Origin: Orbicella franksi
Lineage: Eukaryota
Direction of reading: 5' to 3'
DNA length: 64,000 bases
Assembly (NCBI GenBank): GCA_964199315.1
Contig: OZ116706.1
Coordinates: 29,202,001 to 29,266,000 of the forward strand
Positions 13,301 through 25,924 of the stretch are shown piece by piece. Position 1 is the first letter of the stretch; every line of letters starts with the position of its first letter. The notes under the pieces are model-generated. The model did no database searches and was not told the origin of the DNA. It saw nothing but the letters and a program-made list of their open reading frames with translations. Made by a program: the position numbers and the translations under genes.

Positions 13301-16300
13301 GAGTGATGACGAGGGAGAAGGTGATGATGATGATGAGCTGGAAGGCGGGGGCAGCGAAGATGATGATGGAGATACTGCAGATGATTTGAACTTAAGTGTG
13401 ACAGGTGTCAGTCTTAAGCCACAGTCACCGTTGCTTGGTGACGATGAAGAAGTGGAGAAAGAACTTATAAAGGTGAGTTTTTAAGATAAAATTTAGCTTG
13501 CAGACTTGAACATTTAGGCTACAATTGAAACAGAGATTTTGCGTGCACCGGGTGAATCAAACATGGCTGTAAAACGTGTTGATACTTCCTATTAATACAT
13601 TGACTTTATTTTTTAATGTTATGTACAATGTAACATGTTTCTGATGTTTTGCATGTGACGTGATGCCATGTCTGGCAAAAGAAAAAAAAAAATCTCTATT
13701 CTGGTTTATTATAATGACAATTTGCATATTGCAAAATATATACAATATGTGTACATGTACCTTCTAATAGTGTTTTTATGCCTAATTAGCTGAAATAATA
13801 GTTTTTTAGCCTGCATTAAATATCTGCACACAAGCCACGCTCAGTACTAAAGATATTTTAAAAAATTAGAGCTCACTCCGAGAATCAAATCATTGAGTCG
13901 ATTAATGTTGTAACCCAGTTGTGTGACCATTCAAATGAAGGTCATTTCAAGTACATTGATCTGATACTGTTAACTATGCTGTAGAAGTGGCTCTAACTTT
14001 AAATCTTTAAAGGGCAACTTCTATGAGCATTTCTTCTATGCCATTGGTGCAGTTTATATTTCACTATTGTTCAGACTTTTTCTATTCATATTTGGGAGTG
14101 GTCATGCCAAAATACCACCTTCCTAACTCCAAAACAGAAAAACAGAAAAATTTCTCAGCTGATTTTTAATAGGTGTCGGCATTTTGTAGTGCTAATTAGT
14201 TTTCTCATTGCACCCTACACAGGGATGTAACTCACCAAGAGATGATTCCAATAAAGAGGGAAAAAGTTCATGATTAGGAGCCAGTACATGTACAAGTCTA
14301 CTGAAATGTGGTTTTCAATGAACTTGATTTTACCTTGCTGAGAAGAATTTTATTTTTATTTATTGCTGATAACAGTTGTCGATTTAATATATACTAGTCA
14401 GTTGAGGCTTTTCAATGAGGCATCACGTCACAGCATGCAGTTGGCAGTCTTTTATCATGGTTATTAGTAGCTGTTGTTGAATTGTACAGGCCTTTTTAGA
14501 TAAATCATTCATAAAATCAATGTAAAGAGTGGTTTCCAAATGACTACTGTAAAAGCAAAACCAAAGTAATTTCATCTTTGGCCAATCACACACAGTAAAT
14601 GTAGACAAGATAATGAACCAATCAAAAATTGAAGCAAAGCATGGGACAAAATGCAGCTAGTACCAAGCACGGGAAAAGGCCAGGTCACTACTAATTTCAG
14701 GTTTGCTTGTGATTGGTTGAAAAGTACAACAAGACTGTGCTGATTGGTTACTGAATGCTGCATGTTTCACAGACTGGTGCAGAATGAGGAACTTGACGGA
14801 ACAAGCATTTCATTGTAAACTGCGTCATATTGGAAACTGCTCTATTTTATGCCAATTTTTTTAATGAGACATGCACTAAACGTTTGTATAATATGTATAA
14901 TAGCATGTGTTACTCTAAGCACATTATTTTGCATGTAACTTGTACTTATACAATATTTGTAGTTAGATAAAAGAAACAGAACTCGACTTGTAAAGTGTTT
15001 GAAATTTCTTTATTTAATTTTGCTCCAAAAATCACATCACAGTTACTGTATAATTTTGCTCTATAAAAATGCAATTAGATTATGCGATTATTCACTATTT
15101 ATAATGAATTTTGAAGAATTTCCAGTATTTTTATCATTTTTTTCACCATTGTGTTGTTTAGGGGTAAATGATTAATTTCATCTTGGAATTTCATCTCTTG
15201 ACCTCATAGGTTTTTATTTGTATAGTGGTATCATTGAGTGAATAAATCTATTTGTGTTGTCTTAAAAGTAAATGATAGTTAGGATGTTTGAATGAAACAT
15301 TAAAGAGTGCAAGATAAAAAGTGTGATGTTATGAAATTCGTATTCCAAAAAAGAATTTTTCTTTTCCAGACATCCTCCTTTGAATGTTAGGAATCCAATA
15401 ATTGTCTAATTGCATTTGTACGATAATAGAGTGGGTTTCAACTGGGTGTCGAACGTAATTAGGCAGTAAGTTTGGTTTTAGTTTTACTACCTTGAAAAGA
15501 TTGGCTGAGTAGTCTAATTGGTAAGTAATTGGTTTGGGTTTGGTTTTATGACACTCAATGTCCAATAGCTCCCTTTATGAGATGAGCCTGCAGGGACTCA
15601 TGGTAGTTGTATTCATCATAACAAATAAACAGTCCAAGATGATGAATACAACTACCATGATTCCCTGCAGGCGCATCTCCTAGAACAAAATTGCTTATGG
15701 AAACACGCAAAATGTCCAACAGTCGTTTTTTTTTTCCGACCAACATGGTTTATTAATTGGTGAAAAGCTTATGGCTGATAGTGAGCCTGAAAAACTCAGA
15801 CAGATTTCCGGCTGTAAACAACAGCCCATAACCACGCGACTACTTCTTTTAAAATGTTGTTCTTAATTTGTCCCTAAGTTCATAGAGGCTGTAGGAAAAC
15901 ATGAAAATAAATTCAGAGGAGAAAGAAGGTTCTTCTTCCCATTGTCCCACTACCAAATCCCCAAGGGTTCAAACGAGCGGAGAGCTGCTTACAGACCGTC
16001 TTTTCCACCGCAACTACTTCAATCTTTGGAATCTTGTTTACACTGCAAAATGGAAAACATATAACAATTCCAAACGAATTGAAAATACTGATCAAAGTAT
16101 TTGACAAGGCGATTCAAAAATGGCGTTAGAGATTTGAAATCAAGTTTTTCTTGTGAACAACAAAAGCTATGATCCAATATGTGTTATTTACCATAAGCCG
16201 ATTCTATGAGAATTTGAGAAAATTCTTACTTGCTGCGAACGCGATAATTTTTTCCTCTGATGACCTTGTTAAATAGTTTGAGGATAAGTTGAAAACAACA

Positions 16301-19300
16301 AGAACAACAGAATCTGGCTTGCGAGCAGACTCGTGTGTCTGAGTTTCTCGTTCGCCTTTGAGCGAGCGGGTTACGATGAAGCGGAGTTAGCAAATATGGC
16401 CATAACTTGTTTAGCAATAATTAGGCATTTGTTTGATGCCATTGTTATATCATCAACTCAATAAAGAGTGCTAGTACTGATCCATCAAAGGAAAATTGCT
16501 GAAAAATGGGTTTAACCGTTGTGTACCTCTAAATACAACCTATACCTTTCTTGTGACCTTGGCACTAGTTGTTACTGAAAAAAACTAATTTTTGCCGAGA
16601 ATCGTCTCTCGATATCTCTTTGTCTTTTGTGCTCTAAAATGGTGTTAAATTTATTTATTTGCTTGTTTGTTTATTTGTTTATGTATTTTTTCTTATTTAG
16701 GTGGTGAGCATGGAAGTTGTCCAAGATTTTGTCAACTCGCCGTCTTTGGAAAAATTCAAGAATATTCCAAGCTCACAAAGGAGATCATTATTGGCGGAGT
16801 ATTTTAAGGTGTGTAAATATGGCCGTAATATGGTATTTGGTGTTTTCATATTGGATAATTGCTTTGTTTGTTAATACCGAAATAGCCTGCGATCAGGTGT
16901 TGTGTTAGTTCGCAGAGACCAAGAAAAAAGAATCCAGCGCAGGTTAATCCGGAGAGTAAGTTAGAGCACTTTTCCCGCACTTGGCACCGGTTTCATGTTT
17001 GCCCGCGCTTGACTCTGGTTAAATGTTTTCAAGCGCTTGGCACCAGTTTCATGTTTTCCCACGCTTGGCACTGGTTAAATGTTTTCCTACGCTTGGCACT
17101 GGTCAAATGTTTTCCTGGGCTTGGCACTGGTTAAATGTTTTCCTGTGCTCGGCACTGGTTAAATGTTTTCCCGCACTTGGCACCGGTTTCATGTTTTCCT
17201 GCGCTTGACTCTGGTTAAATGTTTTCCTGCGCTTGACTCTGGTAAAATGTTTTCCTGCGCTTGGCACTGATTACAGTGTTTTTCCGCGCATACCACTGAT
17301 TGCATGTTTTCTCGCGCTTGATTCTAGTTACAAGTTTTCCCGCGATTGGCAGTGAATGCATGATTGTGCTTCAAGTTAGGATTGATTCTCTGCGTTATTT
17401 GATTCGCCAAGTGTGAATGTGTTATTTGATTCGCCAAGCTGAATGTGTTCTGCTCTGCATTTTAACAGGATGACCTGCAAGACACTAATAAAATCGCGAA
17501 GTATTTCGTATCGGTGAGTATTTATTGCAACACTTACAGAAATAACAAAGGTATTAGTTTCTACAGAAATCGGTGGAAAAGTGAAACATTTAGCTATTTA
17601 TGAACTTGAAGTTTAACAAGGCAGACTTCGAACAACTTTTCTCAGTTACTCAACAACTTTCTGAGATTTAGTTTAAAAGATTTACCTTAAGCGTCACAGT
17701 TCTTTTACGATATTTTCTTTCCTTCTTTCAGACTTGCGTGTCGCTCAAAGATAATAAAGATGCACTCGTGGAATGTGCAGGTTACTTTTGAATCAAAGAT
17801 CCATTCTATTACTGGCTTTATTGTATGACTGAGAAAATTACTTCATTGTGAATGTGATTGGCTGACAGTAGACCAATTTTTCGTTTAAGTCAATTTGCAA
17901 TGCACTAGTGCAAATTAATGCGGGCAAGTTTGTCTCCGTCATATAACAAATGAGTAATCTTATGAAAGCTCGAGCAATCCACCGTAGGAAAAAAAGATGG
18001 CGGATGTACATTTTGCCACAAGGCCTTGCGAACCTAACACAGCCTAAAACACACAAAGAAAACCAAATTTTTACAGCATATTTCCCTGTACTAAGGACAT
18101 TAAGTAGCCTAGGTTTGAAGATTGTGTAACGTTTCTATGCGTTTTCATGAACGTTGTTAAGGTTTTCGTGCGCTAAGAACTATGGGTAAATGTACCAGTC
18201 GCCATCTTTTTTTCCTACGGAGGATTAAGGATTCACACTACTCGTGATATTTTGAAAATTCTTTCAAACTGCACTCGCGCCTTAAGGCTCGTACAATTTT
18301 GAGAGAATTTTTAACTAGCACCCGTAATGTAAATCCTTAATTGCACATCCTTCATACAATTACCTAGGCTCAAATTACCAATGTTTCCCACACCGCTGCA
18401 GCTTTCGCCTCTCCGCTGTCAACTCAATCTCAAAGTTGCGAGTTCCATCAAAAACGTTACTCCTTTGCCGGACTGTAATACCTTTGTAGTGACTTCAGTA
18501 CTATCTTGTTTCAGACACTATTTTGAAGCCTGCCCTTGAATCAGCTGACTGTAAAGAAGAGGGACTTATCTCTTCCCTGTTAATTCATATGGGACTTCTC
18601 AAGGTACTTGAACCAAACTGTTTGTTTCATTGAAGGGTGGCAAATCTCAGGAAAGAATTGGGGAGGGGGGAAACGGGAGAGTAGAAGAGGGAGAGCTTAC
18701 ACGGATTCCCCCAACGTTATTTTTATCCCAAACGAAGAGTTCCGTCGCTATTGAGCAAGTTCTTGAAAAAGAACTGTATTCTAACAGAGGTACTGTTAAT
18801 TAAAACCGATTTCAAACGTACATTTGCTATGAAGAAAAATCTTACTTTGTTGATATTATTTTTATGTTTGCAGGGTGAGGAAAAGATTGAGTTTGCCAAA
18901 GACATTTCTGGTCCTCTAAAGGCTTTGGATTATGCTGTCAAACAACCTTATTTCCCGAGACACCTGAAATCATTTTTTGTCGCCTTCATTTCAAAGTAAG
19001 TATATTGACTTTTATGTTTGGTGCAATCGTAATCGCTTCCTACACTGCCCCAACAAATCAGAGAACATGTTAGTTAACCAATCAGGAAGAATCCATGGCT
19101 TGGCTTGCCCCCTTTTCCCGCGTTTAGAGCTGAGTGTATGTTTATTTCCCGCGCGAAATACCGGTTGCATGTTTTTCCGCGCTTAGGAGGGGTGCTTACC
19201 ATTCAGCCAAAAAAACTGATCTTGAAATTTTGGTTTAAAGCCAATTGGAACAGTAATTTGCCGGAAAATCCGTTTGAAAATTATAGACTTCCTACAGGGG

Positions 19301-19722
19301 TAGTCCTCTTTTTCCGTTCAGAACAGAACGGCGGAAATTTCCTTACCATTTGCTAAATTTTCCAGTTCTCAGTCTCTCATCAGCCGAAAACAATTAGGAG
19401 AAATCGAATTGTAACTGGTAAGCGCCATCTCGTTCGGTTGGTGCGCTGATTTTGTAAAACCCTTACCATTATTCAACGGTTTATTCTGACGAATGGTAAG
19501 CAACCCAGGGTACATGTTTTCTGGCGTTTGGTACTGGTGGCATGGTTTTGGTTTGAGTTCTGATTGGTCCCTTATATGTTATTTGTGTTTATTGTGATTG
19601 GACATTGTGATTTGAGTGACGTTTTAATAGCAGTTTTTTGTTTTCTTTCCAGACCTAACAAGCTTTTGGATTCTTGTTCAGAGGCGCGTCACCACTTCTT
19701 ACAAACTCTGTATCAGATTTAA
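7311..19722 (+). CDS. RANGAP1: Ran GTPase-activating protein 1 (LRR domain, acidic tract, C-terminal SUMO-acceptor domain), about 577 aa
   Basis: Exons 7311-7431, 8261-8388, 8511-8570, 9367-9546, 10226-10360, 10902-11003, 11677-11733, 12247-12460, 13219-13472, 16701-16808, 17469-17513, 17732-17780, 18515-18603, 18874-18995 and 19653-19722 total 1734 nt, in frame, all GT-AG. Motifs: [68 protein letters not shown], an acidic D/E tract, LLIHMGLLK|GEE and [22 protein letters not shown]. Confidence 0.97.
8846..9019. mobile_element. MITE (GCCATTTCC...GGAAATGGC family), copy 1
   Basis: Terminal inverted repeats; a related copy lies at 43161-43339. Confidence 0.6.
9658..9921 (+). mobile_element. tRNA-derived SINE
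   Basis: A-box TGGCTGAGTGG and B-box GGTTCGAGTCC in the head, a non-tRNA body and an AT-rich tail. It does not fold as a cloverleaf with an acceptor stem. Confidence 0.7.
10400..10650 (-). mobile_element. tRNA-derived SINE with CORE-like central domain
   Basis: Reverse strand reads ...GGGTGCGAGTCCTGGCCAGGGACATTGTGTTGTGTTCTTGGGCAAGACACTT...GCCTCTCTCCACCCAGATGTATAAATGGG, similar to the MIR/CORE motif CTTGGGCAAG.CACTT...TGTAAAATGGG. Related fragments lie near 11800-11990, 44600-44700 and 47130-47330. Confidence 0.65.
12017..12207. mobile_element. MITE (CCAGAAAATATCCATAC...GTATGGATATTTTCTGG family)
   Basis: TIRs are visible. Sister copies lie at 53105-53291 and, truncated, near 3570-3745. Confidence 0.7.
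14223..14273 (+). CDS. Candidate alternative terminal exon of RanGAP1 ([16 protein letters not shown])
   Basis: Branch-point-like CTAAT near 14192, pyrimidine tract and CAG acceptor at 14220-14222. Phase 0 matches the exon 9 donor at 13472. It is followed by about 1 kb of AT-rich UTR-like sequence and AATAAA near 15241 with a GT-rich downstream element. Confidence 0.4.
   Translation, partial: GCNSPRDDSNKEGKSS
15579..15679. repeat. 101-bp hairpin element, copy 1
   Basis: Arms of about 41 bp, GAGATGAGCCTGCAGGGACTCATGGTAGTTGTATTCATCAT / ATGATGAATACAACTACCATGATTCCCTGCAGGCGCATCTC. Second copy at 54807-54907. Confidence 0.8.
16970..17350 (+). repeat. 30-bp minisatellite, about 12 degenerate copies
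   Basis: Unit approximately TTTTCCCGCGCTTGGCACTGGTTAAATGTT repeated head-to-tail with no unique spacers. Monomers also occur near 19110-19170 and 62185. Confidence 0.85.
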
Positions 19723-21391
19723 TGTCACCCCGATGCAGCGAACTATGATCATTTGTTTATCTGTAACAATGAATCAAATTTTACTTTTCTGCTTAGCATT
19801 TTATTAGGTACCCTTAGTGGAAGAGAACGTTCTGTCACTAAGTGTCGTTTAAGTACTTGAAAAGTTTCCGACTCGTTGTGACCAATCAGAAGACAGTTCG
19901 ACCGGGAGTTGTCTCGTGAGCTAATGGGGAGTTACCTAGCAACCTTAGTTAATTACCGGAGGGGAGTAAATGAGTCAAACCAAGCTTGGATTTATGTGGG
20001 TCTAAATTCAAGTCTGTATATAAACTGAAACCCAAGTGTATGACCATTCAAATGAAAGCTATTGAACAGTTCAAGGTGGCTTAAAATTTACATCATGAGA
20101 ATGAATCTCTATAATGTGACCATTCCAGTGAAAGCTAGTGAGGAAGTCCCATTTGTTGAAAGGCTGAATGACGCTATCCAGCGGATAACACCCTTAACCC
20201 CTCTCTCCTCTCCCCCCCCCCCCCCTTCCCACCACACACACACACACCTCTAGTGTTGGTGATCTACCTTAACATTCTCCCGATTAAAAGAAGTGTAGTG
20301 TAGTATACACTTAGTAGATTGGAAGAAGAATTTCGATCTCGAACTAGGAAATAAAAATGTCAAGGAAAAAACCATAAGTAGGCGAACAATTCTTTTTACT
20401 TCTTTGTGGCTATTGGTTTTTTTAATTTTATGTCTCATTATTCTGATAGTCGATGACAAGTAGTTACATTAAGCGAATTTGAACGATTACAATAAATGAC
20501 CAAACAAATGAACGAAGGCGGTGTAATACTTAATCGTATCTTGGGCCACTTTAGGCGAGCGATGGTTCGTGTTTTGGAGACTAAACGAGTCGATCTGATA
20601 TGCCGCCGAAAACTACCAAAAAAGGTGTGATTAGGTCATTTGTTGACCCATGTCCAGTTACAAGTCCGGCCATATCGGATCTGTGACGTAATATTGTAGG
20701 ATATCAGGGGCTCTGATATGGGGAGGGTGAAATATAGCTTGCGTCAGAGACGCCACCTACCGCGGGATAATTTACAGCTAAATTTCCGTCTGTAAGGCAG
20801 GCCAGGTGAAATATAAAGTATTTTCAAGCTAGTTATGTGCGTGACGTTTCTTGATTGGCAGAGGTATTTTGCAGGACACCTCATGCAGAAATCCGAACGC
20901 CAAGTGTGTTGTTTAATTGCGGTTAGTTTTACTTATGTTTGCTTGCAGTTAGACAGATTATATTATTTGGTCCTTTACAACAAAAGCTAACTGCAATTTC
21001 CAAAAAAAAAAATTCCTGCACAGCAAAAACTGTTGAAAAAAAATTGGTGCAAGGGAAGCCATGGGAAAAAAACGAGCAAGTGTTTTTCTACAATCCGGGT
21101 CCTGCGTTTGATTTACATGTAAAAAACAATTCTTGCACAAGCTATTTTCCACCAAAAAAAGTCACGCACAACCAAAAGATGAGAAACAAACTTCATGCCT
21201 CAGAAAATTGCCCAACCACCCCACGCCCCCCCCCCCCCCGTCTCAAAAAAGTAATGATCTGTCCCTTAGTGAGAAAAAAAGCGACTTTGCCACCAGTTCG
21301 ATCCTCGGAAACTTTTAACTTTCTGGGAGTTGAATATAATCTCGCTCCTTTGGCGAATCTTGATGATCTCGGCGAAAACCAGTTTCGGTCT

Positions 21392-23420
21392 TCACTGACT
21401 AGAGCAGTCTTCAATAATTTCAGAAAGTAGTTTTCTTTTGTAGAAAAAAAAAATCAGAGCTTATAAAATGCGGCTTAGTTTTGACATTTCTTATTGATGA
21501 ACGACTGCTGGGTGAAGTGATTGTGCGTGCTTCATATCAGAGGGTTTCCACATAACTTATGGCTGCCAGGTTTGCGTTAAATGAAATTTTCAGAATTTCT
21601 TACTCTTTGGGAATGAGTTCTTGTCCCAAACTCCCTCTTCTTGGGAAAAGCGAATAGGTCGAAGTAAAAACCGTCTTCACAGTAAAGATTCCGACGAGAA
21701 TCGAGGACCAGATTGCAACGCTTATGCGCTGCAAACAGTTTAAACATGAAAGTAAGAGAACTGAAAAGTTAAGATGATAGCTATTTTTGTATTCATAATT
21801 TACAGCTGTGTAGCGGAAATTTCCTGCTGAAACAGGAAGCGTCACCCTGAACTGAAACTTAAAACATTAAGTAACGCTAATATGACACTTAGTGATAACT
21901 ACTTCCTCGGTAGTATAGTGGTGAGTATCCCCGCCTGTCACGCGGGAGACCGGGGTTCGATTCCCCGCCGGGGAGTGTGGGATTCTTTTTTTTTCTTCTC
22001 GATATTTTTAAAATCGACCTCTTAGTTTATTTCTTCAAGTTAATTTTTGTAATGATGATTTAACATTGAAAAAAAAAAATTAAAACTCCATTCCGATGTT
22101 TATCCTTGAAAATCATTTATTTAATATAAACTTCGTGGTTTGTTACAAGACAACATTTCTGTCTTTACAATTGTCCAACTAATTATCGATGAAAGTTAAC
22201 AGAAATGTTTATTCTGACTTATCTTGTTAAGCGTAGGGCATTTTACAAAGTGTGCCCCAAAGTGTATAAAAGTGTATAGACTTCGCCACACCGCTCCAAC
22301 TCCAGCCTCGTTTCCACAGTCTCTTCGAGAAGAGAGAGACTGGTAACGAGTTTGCGCTCGGTAAGATCGGTGCGCGGTCTATCTGCAAATAGCTCTGCAA
22401 GGAGAAAGCGGGAAGAAATGAGAGAGGAGAGGGGAGGGTCTGATCTACAGTCTTCGTTTTACACTGACCGGATCTCGCAATATACTTTCACTACACAGCA
22501 GTATAGCAGGCTGTGTTGAAGAGAGCCATTCTCTTGTTCGGGTTGGTCATTAAAATCTTCCGGCGTACAACGAGCTCAAGGGGTCGTCAAGAAACGGACT
22601 GATCTAAGTTTTTGCGATGGAAGTTTCCTGAACCATTGCGGGTTTGGCGGATTGGAATCGAAAATATATTTTTTGAAATTGCGTCATTAAGAGAAAGATT
22701 GTTGGGTGCGCGCGAACGAAATACAACCCGCAAGACAAATGAAAATGATAAAGTCTTTTTTTCCTGGTAAAATAAGGACTAGATTCGTCTTTGAGAAAGT
22801 TGTGAGGATTTTAGCTGTTACACTGTGCATTCGGTTAATCGTGCACTTAAAATTGTTGTTTTAAGTTATTTTTCAACTCGGGAATAATTTCCTCGTGTCC
22901 ATCTTCGCTAAATCAGAACTAATTCAAATAAACGGGTACAAAGGAAACGCCAGTACTTTATCGGCTGTGACCCAGGTCCCATTCGAAGCCTCAAACGGCT
23001 TATTGATCTTGGGCATGAGGGGTATTTAGAGAACTGGTCCTTTTTGTTGCTTTTCCACTGCAAGTCACTGCAAGTAATTATTGTGAAGAAAAAGTCTTAC
23101 CAAACGACATTGACGATTGGAAACCCACTCCATCAATTTTTTTTTTCGTTGAAATCTAGTATTGACGTGCTGCCAGTTGGTGTTCTCAGTTGTTATGACA
23201 AGTCTGGGTTCGAGATATTTTTGCGCGCGGCACAATTGAAAAAATATCACCTCTTCAAAAGTAAAATACGAAGTACAATTTATACAACAAGAAAAGAGAT
23301 ATTCTTTGTCCGAAGCTCGTGTTATGTTGATCAATTTACCTTTCACATGAACATTATTGTTGCAAAGCCCGGTTGTTGTTTTTCTGCAGTTATTTCTTGG
23401 CCCGTGAAAGATCCTTAAAG
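21392..23420 (-). CDS. Possible orphan spliced gene with a C-terminal hydrophobic segment (5' end undefined)
   Basis: Phase-compatible chain: an exon ending at 23101 (TTG|GTAAGA), exon 21728-21604 (RISVAIWSSILVGIFTVKTVFTS..., donor GTAAGA) and exon 21434-21392 (stop). No recognisable homology. Confidence 0.2.
21904..21975 (+). tRNA. tRNA-Asp (GTC)
   Basis: TCCTCGG...GTC anticodon in CCGCC-TGTCAC-GCGG arm, T-arm CGGGG-TTCGATT-CCCCG, acceptor CCGGGGA+G, followed by a poly-T terminator. Confidence 0.97.
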
Positions 23421-25924
23421 GGCCCTTCGTACAAAACAACAATTAAACATGACCAGACAAATTAACAAATAATTGTTCTACTTACTTTGTAAAAAACATT
23501 ATACATGCATGAATATGAATCCTAAATCAAGCAAAACTTGGAGACTTTATTATTATTTAAAATATTTTACAGAAATAGCACCTCCAGCAAAATCATCATT
23601 GTAAACAGTAGTTTATAGTTAGGATTAGGGTGTAATTGTTGTCACCTGCTATCCAGTGTTTTAAGAAAGAATGAAGAGACTTGTTCCTCAGTCTGCTCCG
23701 GGGGGGGGGGGGGAGCCTTTGCGATAATAGATATAACTAGTACTTGTTTCGTTATTCAGAGTGGTTTTCAATTGTCTGCTTTCAAACCAGAGCCAAAGTA
23801 ATCACTCTAACCAATCACAAACCACATAGACAATCCCGTTGGTTTGAATAGTAGAAGGGACTTCTAATACCCATGCTGCGCTGTAGCTGATGCAAAGCGC
23901 GGGAAAACATGTGTGAGCGAGTCATGGTCGGTTTTGGTTTTTCTTCTGATTGGATGAAAAAGTGGCGGAGTCTAAAGCCAATCGAGTAACGTAAGCATGC
24001 AAAACCAATTACTTTTCGACACTTGAATGAAAACCGCTCCATACAAAAACAGCTGTACTAAAATAGGGAAAAGGAATTCTTAGATTATAAGTTCTAAAAG
24101 TTGAATAACGTAATAAGTGAAAAGAAAATATCAATGAACAAACTGATTACAAGTAGATAAATTCTTATCATACAGGATTCTTTCACCTATAACTGGTTTT
24201 GTTACCGGTCAGGAAGAATAATCAGGGACCGGATTGTGACTCCTGTTACTACCAGTTTTATTTAAGACTACCGACATACATTCTTTTTGAAAGCCTTTTA
24301 ATTTATATATATATTAGGGTGACTGCCAATGCAAATCTTGCCGTTGTAAATGAGCAGTCTCAGACTCAGGAAAGGACCGACCGGGTATTTTATAAGTGTG
24401 ATATCACATGAATAAGTGAACACATCAGGTATTGGCCCTGCATGGGCGGCTCCGGATCGAATGCCACGTTAATACTTAGTAGAGTCATATCCGGCTTGTA
24501 TCATACACTCTCTTTTTCTGATAAGAATATTGTTTTTCCGACCCAGGCTGAATGTACTTATTTTTTTCTGATATTATAGGTTGAAAATGTCCGCGTTAAT
24601 ATTCTTAGATTTCAGGAATAGAAGTGGACCATATGCCGACACAACGTCAGATTGTCTGTCCTACCTATGACTTTGATGGCACTGAAGCCGGTAATTTTGG
24701 AGCCAGACTGCAGGCAATAGAACCTGATGTGACAAACATAACTTCTTGCAGAAATGCTATTGACATCGAAGATACAGCTAGTGCTGTTTTTTGTTGTTGT
24801 TGTTTTTTGACTAGTTTTGCTAAAAAAAGAAAGGAAGACTTTTATACGGTTTGCTTAAAAGCATATAATTGTAATGTATTTACAAATTTTCAACCCACAG
24901 AATTACATTCTTTTCAGAATCTCATCCTCAGGCTTGTTCTTAAAGTATTCTTAAAATTTCGCAAGTTCCAGCCTCGATATTCTTATAAAATATACTCTTT
25001 TAAAAAAAGAGTGTACTGGTGATTATTAACAAAATTATTCGGCCGCGAGTCCGAAAGACCAGACGTTAAAACTTTTAGCGAATATGGCACTAAATTTTTG
25101 CGGCCGGATTTTTCCACCATCCCCCAAAAAAAGTTTCTGCAAAAAAAAAAAAAAAAAAAACACATTCCTGCAAAAATTTTCTCCACAAAAATTTACTCTC
25201 CACTGGCGAAAGCATTCAAAACAGAAACAAAACGATGAAATGTTATTGCTGATACATTGCCGGAGCAATCAGCCACACAAGAACACGATGTATAGCTTAA
25301 TAGTGATAGAGTGACACCGATTCACTGACTGGAATACTGTGTTTAACATCTCTACATGTTGTTTTACTAATTTCAATTAAACGTGACTTCTGGAAAATTG
25401 CAAAAATTAGTACCCAGCAAGAAAAACCGGTCTTTTACAATCGCAAAATACAAAAAAATCACCGATTCGCAAAAATAAACTCCCGCAAAAATTTAGTGCC
25501 ACACGGTAGCTAAATTTAGTTTCGAAATTCATGAAGAAAATAGGAGCCACTCAAGTGATTCTACAACTGTTCAATAACAGCTCAAGAAATGTCCAACAGT
25601 AAACGCCGCTTAAATAGGGCCTGCTGAAACGAAGAGAGGAATAGTTGTAGGACACGTTTTTGCAAAACATGGATGTTTCTCAAATTCCTCCCATCAACTT
25701 CACCTCAGACAACTACACGTGGCCAAAAGAAAACGGCGGAAATTTCGAAAATCGTCTCAAATTTTTGCTGAGGATGATATTGACAGTTGGGTTATTCCTG
25801 AGTCATGCTTCTTTTTACGCACTTCCCGTTTTTACACGCTCTGATATGTGGACCTAATTTGTCCCTCTTTGGCTTGAGCGCGGTGATCGTTGTTCTTACA
25901 AAGTAGGCCGAGTTTCGTCTCGTA

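Noticed and set aside
16970-17350. CRISPR-like regular 30-bp periodicity
   Set aside because: Units are head-to-tail with no unique spacers, there are no cas genes, and it lies in a spliceosomal intron.
20750-20765. CTCF-like motif CGCCACCTACCG
   Set aside because: Partial match only, and CTCF is regarded as bilaterian-specific.
21360-21397. TGATGA...CTGA pair resembling a C/D snoRNA
   Set aside because: Only about 38 nt between the boxes and no terminal stem.
24570-25022. 132-aa plus-strand ORF and an antisense Cys-containing frame
   Set aside because: No start or splice chain could be established, and the distal half runs into a repeat.
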